64,000 nt of DNA from Prevotella sp. CAG:732 (GCA_000436035.1 FR893309.1:16421-80420); one strand, 5' to 3'; counted from the first letter of the stretch, positions 41,686 through 52,600 are shown. A program made the numbers and translations. The notes: generated by a model not told the origin, from the letters alone.

Positions 41686-41866
41686 TGCTTATCCTTTCTT
41701 TGTTATAAGATAAATATTCCATGCCTATAACCTGATTGCGAGGTATGGCTTAATGATGACTGCAAAGATAAACAATATTCTTGATAATAGCAAAAATATG
41801 CAGCTAAAACCGCCATCTTTGCTTGCAAATGGATAGTTATGCAGATTTATCGCATAAATTAGGGCA

Positions 41867-41897
41867 TTATAGCCTCTTTAGCCACAAGTCCATGAAT
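41867..41897 (-). repeat. 31-bp exact copy of the ATPase 3' end (43479-43509)
   Basis: ttatagcctctttagccacaagtccatgaat at both sites (encodes FMDLWLKRL*). Confidence 0.95.
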
Positions 41898-41900
41898 ATC

Positions 41901-43066
41901 CTATTTGTCAGGATGTGCCATGAGATATAGTTCTTTTTGTCGCTCGATTTCTCTTCTGAGGTCTTCTTCGTTTGGTAGGTAAAGCTTGTATTGTCTTCTT
42001 CGTTTGGTAGGTAAAGCTTGTATTTGGCAGCAAACATCTGGTCGTTCTTGGCAAGGGTGGAATATCGGGCAACATCCGAGTCGGTTTCGGCGCAGAGGAT
42101 AATGCCTATAGTCGGATTGTCGTCAGGTCCTTTCTTCATCTTGTCATACATCTGCAAGTACATATCCATTTGTCCAACATCTTGATAGGTGATGCGGTTG
42201 ACCTTTAAATCTACAAGGATAAAACTCTTAATGAGATAATTGTAGAATACCAAGTCGATGTAGTAGTCGTTCTCTTCCGTACGGATATGTTGCTGGCGTG
42301 CAACAAGGGCATAGCCTTTCCCCATCTCCATCAAGAATTTCTCTAAATTGTCAATGATGGCAGTCTCTAGTTTGGATTCTTTGAGGGAAGAGTCGGAAGG
42401 CAATCCTAGAAACTCCATAACAACTGGCGATTTGATATATTCTAGTTTGTCTTGCTGGAACTCTTGCGTCTTCTCTTTCATCTCTTCCTCTACAGGTGTC
42501 TTATCTTTCGACATAAGGAGACGCTCATAATATAAAGTATTGATGTTACGATTCAACGTACGGTAACTCCAACCTTGTTCGAAAGCTTCCTTGGCATACC
42601 AATCCCTTGCCTGCTTGTCTTCTATGCGAATGAGTAGTTCGTAATGTGACCATGGTAGTAGGCATATATCTGCTTTGGACATCTGCTGACGGCTATTACT
42701 CAATTCATCAGACACCGTCTGGTGAATTGACGTTTGAAATTCAACGGACACTGTCCGTTGAATTTGTAAGTCGCTGAACTTTAGGTAAAAACGCCTAAAA
42801 ACTCTTAGTGTTGTTACAGAGAAACCTTTCCCGAATTCCTCAGTAAGTGCAGCAGATGCCACCTCGATGATATGCTTTCCATACTCAGCTCTCGCTGCTC
42901 CGTTTTGCTCTTCTTCGACAATACGTTTTCCTATTCTCCAGTTTCTTTCTACCAGAGAATAATTAACCGCAGCAAAAGCATTATTCTTTGCTTTACTGAC
43001 AATCGTCTTCAAATCAATCACGAGAAACTTCTCTTCTCCTTTATATGAGTGCTCCATCTGCTTCAT
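41901..43066 (-). CDS. YhcG/DUF1016 PD-(D/E)XK nuclease family protein; C-terminus frameshifted by a 32-bp duplication
   Basis: AVN..LV..NW.IG.RIVEEEQ.G..RAEYG, LPWSHY, LMEMGKGYALVARQ, YIDLVFYN, DLK, DNPTIGIILC; native stop at 41901-41903. Confidence 0.92.
42700..42765. repeat. Two in-frame palindromes inside the YhcG gene
   Basis: tcaattcatcagac-acc-gtctggtgaattga and aaattcaacggac-act-gtccgttgaattt, period 36 bp. Confidence 0.92.
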
Positions 43067-43143
43067 AATTATGCCTTGTTTTATGTATGATGAGTGCAAA
43101 CTTACATAAAATTCTTCGAATATTACACCAGTTTGATAAAAAA

Positions 43144-43377
43144 GTTGAGACCACAGCGCATTTTTATCTGCAAGTAAGTGCTAATTGCACTTTTTTACTA
43201 ATTTTATAGCGGAATTCTCATTCCATGGAGTTAGTTAACGGGTTCTATGTCCCAATGTTCAATTTAAAACTTTCAGCTATGAGAAATGTCTGTGGTCTCG
43301 ATGTGCACAAATATAACGTTTTTGTGTGTATCCTCAAAGAAAATAGTGAGATAACGTGCGGAATCTATCTTTTTTAG
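43144..43377 (+). mobile_element. IS110-family relic: non-coding end plus the first ~24 transposase codons
   Basis: ATG 43279 gives MRNVCGLDVHKYNVFVCILKENSE, the RuvC-like GxDxxK start of IS110 transposases; the outer boundaries are uncertain. Confidence 0.75.
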
Positions 43378-43391
43378 ATACATTCCGCACG
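43355..43391. terminator. Hairpin, probable terminator
   Basis: cgtgcggaat-c-tatct...agata-c-attccgcacg. Confidence 0.6.
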
Positions 43392-43478
43392 CTTAAAGCG
43401 TATTTTTAACGTTTGTTGATGTAAAAAGTAAAGAAAAGAGTACGTGGTAAAGCCACAAGATAAAGCACATTTTCTTGT

Positions 43479-44615
43479 TTATAGCCTCTTTAGCCACAAG
43501 TCCATGAATCTATCGTAGATGACATAGCCTTTGTCTGTCCTATACACCAGTTCCTTTTCTTCCAAGACTTTGAGGGCTGCTTTGGCACTGCTGGCGCCAC
43601 TCAGATGATGCTCTCTGATAAACTTGCCTGATGTCGGTTGTGCAACGATGCCTTCCTTGGCAATGGCTTTTAATAGGGTGAATTGATTCTCAGTGAAGAA
43701 TTGGACTAGACTTTCGAACTGTGGCTCACGACCTTGGAGAATCGAGAGAAGGGCGGCATTAACCTGTTCGATACTCTCAACGGTCTCTTCTGTTTCATAG
43801 AGACGGTTCATGATACATTGAACATACCAAGTATGTCCCTCGAACAAGTTATAGATATGTTCGAAGATTTCTTCAGAAAGATTTCCACCTTTCCCTTTAA
43901 AGAAATGTGAGCAGAAATCATAATATACATCTTCTTTCAGAGGCTTCAACCCCAACATCTCTGTGCTTTGGTAGAAAGGATGCTTAGGAGAACCAAAGAT
44001 TTCTGCCATCAGATGAAACTTACTTCCTGAGAAGATAAAATGTACGTGCTGGGCAAACTGGATGTAGGAACGCAGCAGAGCTTCCGTACCTTTCTCAGGG
44101 TATTCGGCAATCTGCTGGAATTCATCAATGGCAATGTATATCTCCCTACCACTTTCATTGAGATAATTGAAGATGCTACGCATGGTCATCTCCTCTTGGC
44201 TAGGCTCGATGGTGATGGAAACGCTAGGTTCCCCAGTCAATGGATCCATGCTGAGTACAGGGCGCAAAGCACTGAAAAAAGCAATCGTTTTCTCGATAAA
44301 CGAAGCATTTTTGCGAACGATGTCGTTGATGACCATGACTCCCAGCTGCTCCACAAAATCGTGCAAATTCTTGGTAGCGAAAATGTCTAGGTATAGGCAT
44401 ACGGCATCCCTCTCTTCTTTCTGGAGATAGAAGAAGGTATTCTTGATGAGTCCCGTCTTGCCAATTCTACGAGGAGAGATAAGTGTTACGTTCCTGCCGT
44501 TCTTCAGATGAGATAAAAGGGTAGCAGTCTCTGCTTCTCGATCGCAGAAATACTCAGGACTTTCATACCCTTGATAGATGAAAGGATTCACTAATTTCTT
44601 GTTACCTAGTTTCAT
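43479..44615 (-). CDS. Archaeal-type (AP/STAND-like) ATPase with a probable winged-helix C-terminus
   Basis: NPF, FCDRE.E, Walker A SPRRIGKT, Walker B IAIDEFQ, FIFSGS. Confidence 0.88.
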   Translation of the reverse strand: MKLGNKKLVNPFIYQGYESPEYFCDREAETATLLSHLKNGRNVTLISPRRIGKTGLIKNTFFYLQKEERDAVCLYLDIFATKNLHDFVEQLGVMVINDIVRKNASFIEKTIAFFSALRPVLSMDPLTGEPSVSITIEPSQEEMTMRSIFNYLNESGREIYIAIDEFQQIAEYPEKGTEALLRSYIQFAQHVHFIFSGSKFHLMAEIFGSPKHPFYQSTEMLGLKPLKEDVYYDFCSHFFKGKGGNLSEEIFEHIYNLFEGHTWYVQCIMNRLYETEETVESIEQVNAALLSILQGREPQFESLVQFFTENQFTLLKAIAKEGIVAQPTSGKFIREHHLSGASSAKAALKVLEEKELVYRTDKGYVIYDRFMDLWLKRL

Positions 44616-44773
44616 ACGCCATTACATATTTTATGTTACAACTTTTTTGTAATGGCAAAGATACGGCTTTTTTCTGAATAGAACAAATAAAAAGCCCAGA
44701 AAGTATATACTGGGCTAAGAAATGATATAAACTTCTCTATGTTTGTCTGATGTTCCCTTGGCGATTTTATATC

Positions 44774-44839
44774 TTATTTGTCAGGATGCGCCATGAGGTA
44801 CAACTCCTTTTGTCGCTCTATCTCTCTTCTTAGGTCTTC
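44774..44839 (-). pseudogene. Orphan 3' tail of a second YhcG allele
   Basis: Encodes EDLRREIERQKELYLMAHPDK*, the same peptide as 41901-41966 but with synonymous differences. Confidence 0.9.
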
Positions 44840-44878
44840 CGGGGTAAAAACTAAACATGAAGAGTATATTAAGACGAA

Positions 44879-44910
44879 AAGGGAAGGCTTATGAGTTCAA
44901 GCCTTCCCTT
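44879..44910 (-). terminator. PUL 3 terminator
   Basis: aagggaaggctt...aagccttccctt with a U-tract on the minus strand. Confidence 0.8.
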
Positions 44911-44929
44911 CCTTCCACTAAGAAAAACA

Positions 44930-46756
44930 TTATTGATTGAATAGATGACAGATTTCTTGATTTACTTTTCTTACTCTATCTTCTTCCACCTTGATCACTT
45001 TACGGTCGTATGTCATTAAGCCATTCACTTCTCCTTCCACATCCGTGGTCTGGGTATAGACGGCAGCAGAAAAACCTGTGTGAGCCAATTTCTTAAGCTT
45101 TTCGGCATACTTCACGTACTCGTCGGTAACTTCCTTTGCATTCTTGAACTGAACATATCCCCAGTTCTTATCAGCCTGCCAAAGATGCCCTTTGATAGGT
45201 AAGCCAATGCCACCATATTCTCCTAGAACTGTAGGTCTTTCCCCATCGGCTAGATACATCTCAGGACCTGGGTAGTTGTGAAGGTCGAGCATGTCTCCTG
45301 TATGATAGAAATTGCCACCACTGGCAGGGTTCACCAAGCGAGAAGTATCATATTTCTTGGTCCATTCTGCTATTTCGACCGTCTTGAACTGTCCCCATGC
45401 TTCATTGAATGGAACCCATGTAACAATGGAAGGATAAGAACGTAGGCAATCCATGATCTCTTTCCATTCCTTCTTGTAGTTGGCTTCGGATTCTGCGGAA
45501 CGTATCAATTCGGAACCATTGAAGTACTGGTGATTTTGCCATTGAGGTGATTTGTCTCCACTAGGCATGTCTTGCCAAACCAAGATTCCTAATTGGTCGC
45601 AATAGGTGTACCAGCGTGCTGGTTCTACCTTCACATGCTTGCGAATCATATTGAAACCGAAGTCTTTGGCTTTTTGTATGTCATAGCGGAGTGCCTCATC
45701 CGTAGGCGCTGTATATAAACCGTCAGGCCACCATCCTTGATCCAATGGACCAAACTGGAAATAATCCTTGTTGTTCAGCTGTAAACGAACGATGCCATTA
45801 CCATCTCTATGGGTTGAAATCTTTCGCATGGCAGCATAACTCTTTATTTTGTCTTGCAATTTACCGCCACTGAATAGTTTTACCTCCACATCATATAGCG
45901 AAGGAGATTCTGGCGACCATAGCTTAGGATTCTCAATGGCGATATCTACAGGTTGACCTACAGCACCTTTGGCATTGGCAACAACAGTGTTTCCGTCTTT
46001 GACCTGAATGTCAACAAGGTCTCCCCAAGTAGTTCCTTCTGTAGCAACATGAACGGTCAACTTTTGAGAGTCAATGTCTGGAGTTGATTCGATATGGATG
46101 ATATGCTTGTTGTTGACAGGCTCCATCCATACGGTTTGCCAGATACCAGTAACAGGGGTGTACCAGATGCCATTAGGATTTGCATTTTGCTTTCCTACAG
46201 GTTGGTAACCATCCGTTGTCGGGTCCCACACTTTTACCACCAGCTTCTGATTTCCCGGCTTGAGATAATGTGTGATGTCGAAACAGAATGGAGTATATCC
46301 ACCCGTATGTGAGCCGATTTTAATGTCATTCAGATAGACCTCAGTCTTCCAATCGACTGCTCCAAAATGCAGCAATACCGTCTTGCCCTTCCAAGATGAT
46401 GGAACCGTAAACGTGCGCTTATACCAGAGTTCCTTGTCTTTGCCAACTTGCTTTTGTACACCAGATAGACTTGATTCCACGGCAAAAGGGACTAAAATCT
46501 TGCCCTCAAAGGCTTGTGGCTCTTTTTGTCCGATTGGTTGGATGGCGTATTCCCAAAGTCCATTTAAGTTAGCCCAGTTGGAGCGTTCCATGATAGGGCG
46601 GGGATATTCGGGCAACACATGGTTGGGATCCAAGGTCTCAGCCCATTTTGTCTTGATCTTGTCTCCTGCAGGTTTCCACGGAGAGTTGGGAGCTTTGGCA
46701 GTGGCGGTCAAGCTCATCAAAGCTAAAAATAGCCAGGTTAATACGTTCTTTTTCAT
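44930..46756 (-). CDS. GH2 glycosidase (specificity uncertain; possibly furanosidase type)
   Basis: EYPRP, LHFGAVDW, GPLDQGWWPDGLYTAP, RKHVKVEP, WVPFNEAWGQ, LGEYGG. Confidence 0.88.
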   Translation of the reverse strand: MKKNVLTWLFLALMSLTATAKAPNSPWKPAGDKIKTKWAETLDPNHVLPEYPRPIMERSNWANLNGLWEYAIQPIGQKEPQAFEGKILVPFAVESSLSGVQKQVGKDKELWYKRTFTVPSSWKGKTVLLHFGAVDWKTEVYLNDIKIGSHTGGYTPFCFDITHYLKPGNQKLVVKVWDPTTDGYQPVGKQNANPNGIWYTPVTGIWQTVWMEPVNNKHIIHIESTPDIDSQKLTVHVATEGTTWGDLVDIQVKDGNTVVANAKGAVGQPVDIAIENPKLWSPESPSLYDVEVKLFSGGKLQDKIKSYAAMRKISTHRDGNGIVRLQLNNKDYFQFGPLDQGWWPDGLYTAPTDEALRYDIQKAKDFGFNMIRKHVKVEPARWYTYCDQLGILVWQDMPSGDKSPQWQNHQYFNGSELIRSAESEANYKKEWKEIMDCLRSYPSIVTWVPFNEAWGQFKTVEIAEWTKKYDTSRLVNPASGGNFYHTGDMLDLHNYPGPEMYLADGERPTVLGEYGGIGLPIKGHLWQADKNWGYVQFKNAKEVTDEYVKYAEKLKKLAHTGFSAAVYTQTTDVEGEVNGLMTYDRKVIKVEEDRVRKVNQEICHLFNQ

Positions 46757-46762
46757 TTGCCT

Positions 46763-47797
46763 TTAATTTTTAAAATAGGGTTTGTTACTTTCTATGGATG
46801 TTATGTTGCCAGCCACTTGCGGCCAGTCGTTGATCCATTCCACCTTGTCCATGAAGAGTAGACGGCCCCCGTCTGGGTCGGATCTTAAGAATCCATGATA
46901 GATCATCCAGTCTTGTTGTTTGTCATCGGTGATAAACTCAGCATTGTGTCCTGGACCTGCAACCAAGTTGCTGCCATGTAGCAGTACATCGTAAGCTCCA
47001 TCAAGCATATTCTTTCCTTCTTTCGTTGTGTAAGGACCAAAGAGGTTCTTGGAACGTCCATAGATGACTTGATAGGTGCTGTTGACTCCCTCACAACAAG
47101 TTCCTGCAGAGCCAAAGAGATAATAGTAGTCACCATGTTTATGGATATAGGTGGCTTCCATCTGGTTGCCCGCTACTTGTACAGGTTTTGTGCCTGGCTT
47201 GAGGGCGAGTCCATCTTCCGTTAATTCTGCACCAAAGATGCCATGGAAGGAGCCCCAAAACAAGTATTTCTTTCCATGATCCTCTATATAGAAAGGATCT
47301 ATGCAGTTCTGTATGCCAATGTCTTGACTGATGAACAAGGCTCCATGGTCGATGAAAGGACCTTGAGGAGAGGTGGCGGAGGCGATGCCAATACCGCAAT
47401 TCCATTCTCCTCCCCATTCTGATTTGGAGTAATAGAGCATGTAGCGTCCATTCACGACATTGATGTCTGGGGCCCAAATACCACCTTGCGGATTCCATTG
47501 TGGGCGTGAGCTATCAGTGAAAGCTGTACCTACATAGTTCCAGTTGACCAAGTCTTTGGAGCGATAGATTGGAAGATTGCGTATGTCCTCCGTGGCATAC
47601 AAATAGAAATAGCCATCGTCCGCCTTCGTCACTGTTGGGTCTGGGAGCGAAGTCGAAACGATGGGATTATGGTATTTAGCAACTTTTGGCTGTTCGGGAG
47701 TTGGTGATTGCTCGATGTCATTCGACACCGAGCAATTTGTGGTAGTAAGACCGAACACAATACATAAACCTAAACAACTTATCATGTTTTTATTCAT
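46763..47797 (-). CDS. GH43 glycosidase, probable lipoprotein
   Basis: LPDP, IWAPDI, IDP, MEATY, GPGHN. Confidence 0.92.
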   Translation of the reverse strand: MNKNMISCLGLCIVFGLTTTNCSVSNDIEQSPTPEQPKVAKYHNPIVSTSLPDPTVTKADDGYFYLYATEDIRNLPIYRSKDLVNWNYVGTAFTDSSRPQWNPQGGIWAPDINVVNGRYMLYYSKSEWGGEWNCGIGIASATSPQGPFIDHGALFISQDIGIQNCIDPFYIEDHGKKYLFWGSFHGIFGAELTEDGLALKPGTKPVQVAGNQMEATYIHKHGDYYYLFGSAGTCCEGVNSTYQVIYGRSKNLFGPYTTKEGKNMLDGAYDVLLHGSNLVAGPGHNAEFITDDKQQDWMIYHGFLRSDPDGGRLLFMDKVEWINDWPQVAGNITSIESNKPYFKN

Positions 47798-47824
47798 TAT
47801 CTGTTCTGGAATTCTTGATTACAA

Positions 47825-49672
47825 TTACCAACCTGGGTTCTGGGTCAGGTTAGGATTACGCTCTATCTCTGATTGTGGGATGGCAAACACTTTGGCATGC
47901 TCACCCATATATCCGTTGGTATAGCGCTTGGTTCCCCAAATCTCAGTCATACCATTGGCACCATTCAACTGGGCAGGATCGCTGACTGTCGTACGGTTGG
48001 TACCGATCTTACGGTCCATCCAAGTATCCCAACGAATCTGTTTCCAGTAGAGCTGTCCTTCTCCGCAGAGCTCCCATCCGTATTCATTGCGAATGCGTTC
48101 TCTCAGGTCGTCTTGTCCTGACACTTGGGTCCATTCGTTGCTGTTCAACAAGGCTAGGCCTGGGATACGTTCTCTAACCATGTTGACGTATATGATGGCT
48201 TCTTGAGTCTGTCCGGTCTCGTTCAAAGCTTCTGCCAATGACAAAAGTGCTCCTGCATAACGGAAAATAGGGGTATCGATGTCGCTGTTCAAGGCATTCT
48301 TCATCTCTCTTCCTTCTGGTACGTACTTACGCCAGAGATAGTAGAAACGGTCGTTGGTATCGGTACGCAAGTCGTAAGGAGCGGCATTGTCTGAGCCGAT
48401 GTAAGGCCAACGGAGGGTATAGTCCCAGCAGTCGGCGGTAGCACCACCTTTATAGGTTGAGTAAGGAGTGATGAAGTTCATCAACATACGAGGGTCTCTG
48501 TCCTTGTAAATCTTGAGAATTCTCTCCTCATTGCCATTCTTGTCATACTTGCTCATGTCTGATCCGTATGTCACCATTTGTTCATAAGCGGCTTTCAACT
48601 TGGCGTCACTTGAGTTAGGGTCAAGTCCATTGCGGAGGAAATATACGGAACGTTCCTTTGGTGTCATGCTAGAGTAACCAGGAATGGCCTCGTCCATTTT
48701 GAAAGGCTTACCGTTGGCATACTCGTATGAGTCAACGAAGTATGGGTTGGGAATCAAGTTGTTCCAGCAGCCAAATCCATCAGCGGTATAAGTGACACGG
48801 TTGCCCTGTGTACGTGCCAACAAGGACCCCATGCCATCTTCCTCAGAATATTGATACTGGAAGATGTACTCATCGTTTCGCTCGTTAGCTGCCTTGAACA
48901 TGTTCTTATAGTCTGGGAACAACTTAAAGCCCATGGTAGTGATAGCCTTGAAGTCGGCAACAGCTTTGTCCCATTGCTTCAGCCACATATATACTTGGCC
49001 ACGCAGATAGTAGGCGCAAGCTTTCGTTACACGGCCATAGTTGGAATCAGATGTGGAATACTTGTTAGGCAAGTTAGGCTCTTCGATGGCTTCGGTGCAG
49101 TCTTTGATGACTTGCTCCCATACTTCTGCCTCTGTGTTGCGGCCTTTGGTGTCTTGACCATATTCCACAGGCTCTGTATAGATAGGTACGCCACGCCAGA
49201 ACACGTTGGCACGATAATATGTCCAAGCTCTCAAGAACTTGCATTCTGCGATGTCTCTGGCACGCTCTTCTTTCGACATGCTAGTACATTTATCGAGGTT
49301 GCAGACAACGTTGTTCGTACGATAGATTTCCTCATAGAATCTCTTCCATAAGCTGCTAAACCCCCAATAAGTGGAATTGCAACGTCCACGGCACCAGTCA
49401 TAAGCACTCCAGTTGGCATCAAGGTCGCAAACATCGGTTGCGGCATCGAAGTTCTGCCAGTCTGGTGTCTCATATCCATTCTCATAATAGAAACGCTCGT
49501 ATGCTCCGTTTACTACAGCATTGGCCATGTTGTATGTGCTCCAAACAAGGTCGGTACCTACACGGTCGGTTGGCTGGGTGTCTAGAAAGTCGGATGAGCA
49601 AGCTGTAAAAGCAGTTCCAGCAGCAACCATCAATAGGCCACCTAATATATGTTTCTTCATATTCGTTTTCAT
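47825..49672 (-). CDS. SusD/RagB lipoprotein
   Basis: Lipobox FTAC, FRYAGALLSLAEA, ELCGEG, LTQNPGW. Confidence 0.95.
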   Translation of the reverse strand: MKTNMKKHILGGLLMVAAGTAFTACSSDFLDTQPTDRVGTDLVWSTYNMANAVVNGAYERFYYENGYETPDWQNFDAATDVCDLDANWSAYDWCRGRCNSTYWGFSSLWKRFYEEIYRTNNVVCNLDKCTSMSKEERARDIAECKFLRAWTYYRANVFWRGVPIYTEPVEYGQDTKGRNTEAEVWEQVIKDCTEAIEEPNLPNKYSTSDSNYGRVTKACAYYLRGQVYMWLKQWDKAVADFKAITTMGFKLFPDYKNMFKAANERNDEYIFQYQYSEEDGMGSLLARTQGNRVTYTADGFGCWNNLIPNPYFVDSYEYANGKPFKMDEAIPGYSSMTPKERSVYFLRNGLDPNSSDAKLKAAYEQMVTYGSDMSKYDKNGNEERILKIYKDRDPRMLMNFITPYSTYKGGATADCWDYTLRWPYIGSDNAAPYDLRTDTNDRFYYLWRKYVPEGREMKNALNSDIDTPIFRYAGALLSLAEALNETGQTQEAIIYVNMVRERIPGLALLNSNEWTQVSGQDDLRERIRNEYGWELCGEGQLYWKQIRWDTWMDRKIGTNRTTVSDPAQLNGANGMTEIWGTKRYTNGYMGEHAKVFAIPQSEIERNPNLTQNPGW

Positions 49673-49691
49673 ATTGCTGATATTTTATAAT

Positions 49692-52600
49692 TTAGAATGT
49701 TACGTTAAGTCCAAAAGAAATCTGGCGCATGGTTGCATAACCTTCTCCAGAACGAGTCTCTGGGTCGAGGCCAGGGAAGTCTGTGATAGTCCAGAGGTTC
49801 TCACCTGAGAAGTAGATGCGAAGGTTCTCTGCATAGATACGCTTCGAGATATTCTTTGGAAGTGTATAACCAATGGTGAGGTTACGCAACTTGATGAAAT
49901 CGCAATTATAGAGATGGAAGGTGTTGTCAAGTGCGTCACTCATACTTGGGTTCTCCAAAGACATACGTGGGTTCTTGGAGGTGAGGTTGGTACGAGGGTC
50001 GGTTGGATTCTCTGGATCGTAGAAATAGTGATCGCTGGCAATCCACTGAGGAACAGATAAACCGAATACGACGTTGGTTGAGTTTTGACCAATCTCTCTC
50101 CAGTAAGTAGAGAAACCTGTAGCACCACCCCAGTTCATGGAGAGGTCGAAGCCATTCCATTCTGCGTGCATCTGGATACCAAAGTTGAACTTAGGAACCA
50201 TAGACTTGCCGGTGAACTTTTGGTCGTAGTTGCCACCATATACCTTATCTCCGTTGGTATCAGCATAGATATACTCACCATACCAGATGGCATTCTTGGA
50301 AACATTATGCTGAGGCTCGAAACTATAGCCAGCTGCAATCATGTCTTGCACCCATTTCAAGTCTTTCTCTGTGCGTATCATACCGTCTTTAGGACCACCG
50401 TTAGGATCGACAGCACCACTGGCATCGTAATAATTGCCTTTACCAGAATAGATAGGATATACATAGAACTCGTTCATCATGTGGCCTTCCAACAAGCGCT
50501 GATTACCTCCTGATGACACCTCACCGAGATTAGAGTAATAAGCATCTGGGTCGTTAGGGTTTGCACCCCAACCCTGAACGAGCTTTCCCTTATACTTGGT
50601 GACGCGGTTCTTGTTCCATGAGCCGTTTACTGCAACACCGTAAGTTACTTTGCCCACCTTGTCTTCCCAACGGAGTGTAGCCTCGAAACCTTGGTTGCTT
50701 ACACTGGCAAGGTTTTGCAACGGCGCTTGCTTGTCACCGAATACGAGACCGATGGTAGGACGATAGAGAATACCTGTAGTACGCTTGTCATAGTAATCAA
50801 GTACTCCCGACAGACGACCATTCAGTGTGGCGAAATCCAAACCCAAGTTGAAGGTCTTGGTCGTTTCCCATGTCACATCCATGTTAGGCAAGTTCAGTAG
50901 ATAGAAACGTGGAACCTTTTTGCCACCCATGATTGTGTAACCGGTCTCATACCAAGATTGGTATGCATAGTTGTCAACTGAAGAGTTACCCAACTTACCG
51001 TATGATACTCTGAGCTTCAAGTTGTCAAATGCGTTGAGGAAAGAATTCTTGGCAAAGTTTTCCTCACTGATGCGCCATCCAGCTGATGCTGAAGGGAAGA
51101 AACCCCAGCGGTTGTCTGGAGAGAAGCGAGATGAACCATCATAGCGGGCATTGGCCTCAAAGAGGTAACGAGAATCGTAGGCATAGTTCAGACGTCCAAA
51201 CCATGAACGATAAGTATATCCAGTGAAAGAACCTTTGATGTATTCTGCTGAAGTCAGGGTGTTCAGGTCGCTGATGGTTTGGTCTATCATACCCATCTTC
51301 TTGACATCAGTATTACCATTGCTATTCTTGCCTTCCTCAAAACCGACGAGTGCACCTACGTCATGTTTTTGGGCGAAAGTGTGGTTCCAGTTGAGGGTGT
51401 TGGTCCACTTCCAGTTGTAGTAGTGGTTGTAATACATGTATCCAGCCAAAGTCTCCAAAGAGGCGGCGGAGCTAACCACTTCGTTTCTGCTGAAACTGAA
51501 GCTCTCATTGCTACCTTCTGTCAGTTTATGGCGTGTATTGTAGAAATCATATCCAAAATTGGTCTTGAACGTAAAGTCCTTGAGGAACTTGATTTGTGCA
51601 TACGCAGTGGAGTAGGCATGTGTCGTCTTCTTGTAGCTATCGCCTTGACCGTTGAGCAATAACAATGGGTTGTGAGCAGCTCCATCTTCCATGGAAGTCT
51701 CGATGCCACCATATTTGCCATCGTAATAAGGATAAATGCCAGGTACGGTCTTCAAGAATTCCCAGCTGCTTAATGCATCTACGTTGTTTCTATCCTTATC
51801 GGAATGAGACCCCCATACTTGTGCACCTACTTGGAGCCAGTTGGTAACATCTGAAATCAACTTCAAGTTGATGGAGTACTTCTTCATGCCTGAGCGTACA
51901 ATCATACCAGGGTTGTCAAGATAAGTCAAGCCCAAGTTGTAGCGAGTGCGTGTGTCTTTTCCTGACAAAGAGATGGAATGCTCCTGCATCACCTTGGTCT
52001 GATAGATCTCGTCATACCAATCTGTGTTTGGGTATGCCACGTAGTTAGGATAGCCCGACTCTGCCAATCCGTTTGGATTTGCCTCTGCGTCACGCCATTG
52101 CTGGATCACAGATTCTGGATATTTGCCAGCAGTGCCAATGTTCTCACAAGCTTCGTTGACGATAGACATGTAGTCGGCATAGTTGGACATGAAACGAATG
52201 AGCTTGGAAGGTGAGTTGATGGATAAACGACCAGAATAGCTGAGGTTGATCTTACCTTCTGTTCCACTCTTGGTGGTAACCAAGATGACACCATTGGCAC
52301 CTCTGTTACCATAGATGGCACAAGAGGCCGCATCTTTCAATACAGAGATACTCTCTATATCCATAGGGTTTATTTCAGAGAGGCTCATTTCCATACCATC
52401 AACCAATACCAATGGGCTGGCATCATTCATGGTTCCCACACCACGTATGTTGACAGAGAAGTTCTCTTCGCCAGGTTTTCCTGAGCCTTGGATGATATCG
52501 AGACCGGCAGCCATACCTTGCAGAGCCTGTGCTGCGGTGGTGACAGGACGGGAGTTGGTTTCTTTGGCAAGATCTACTGATACAACAGATCCTGTAAGGT

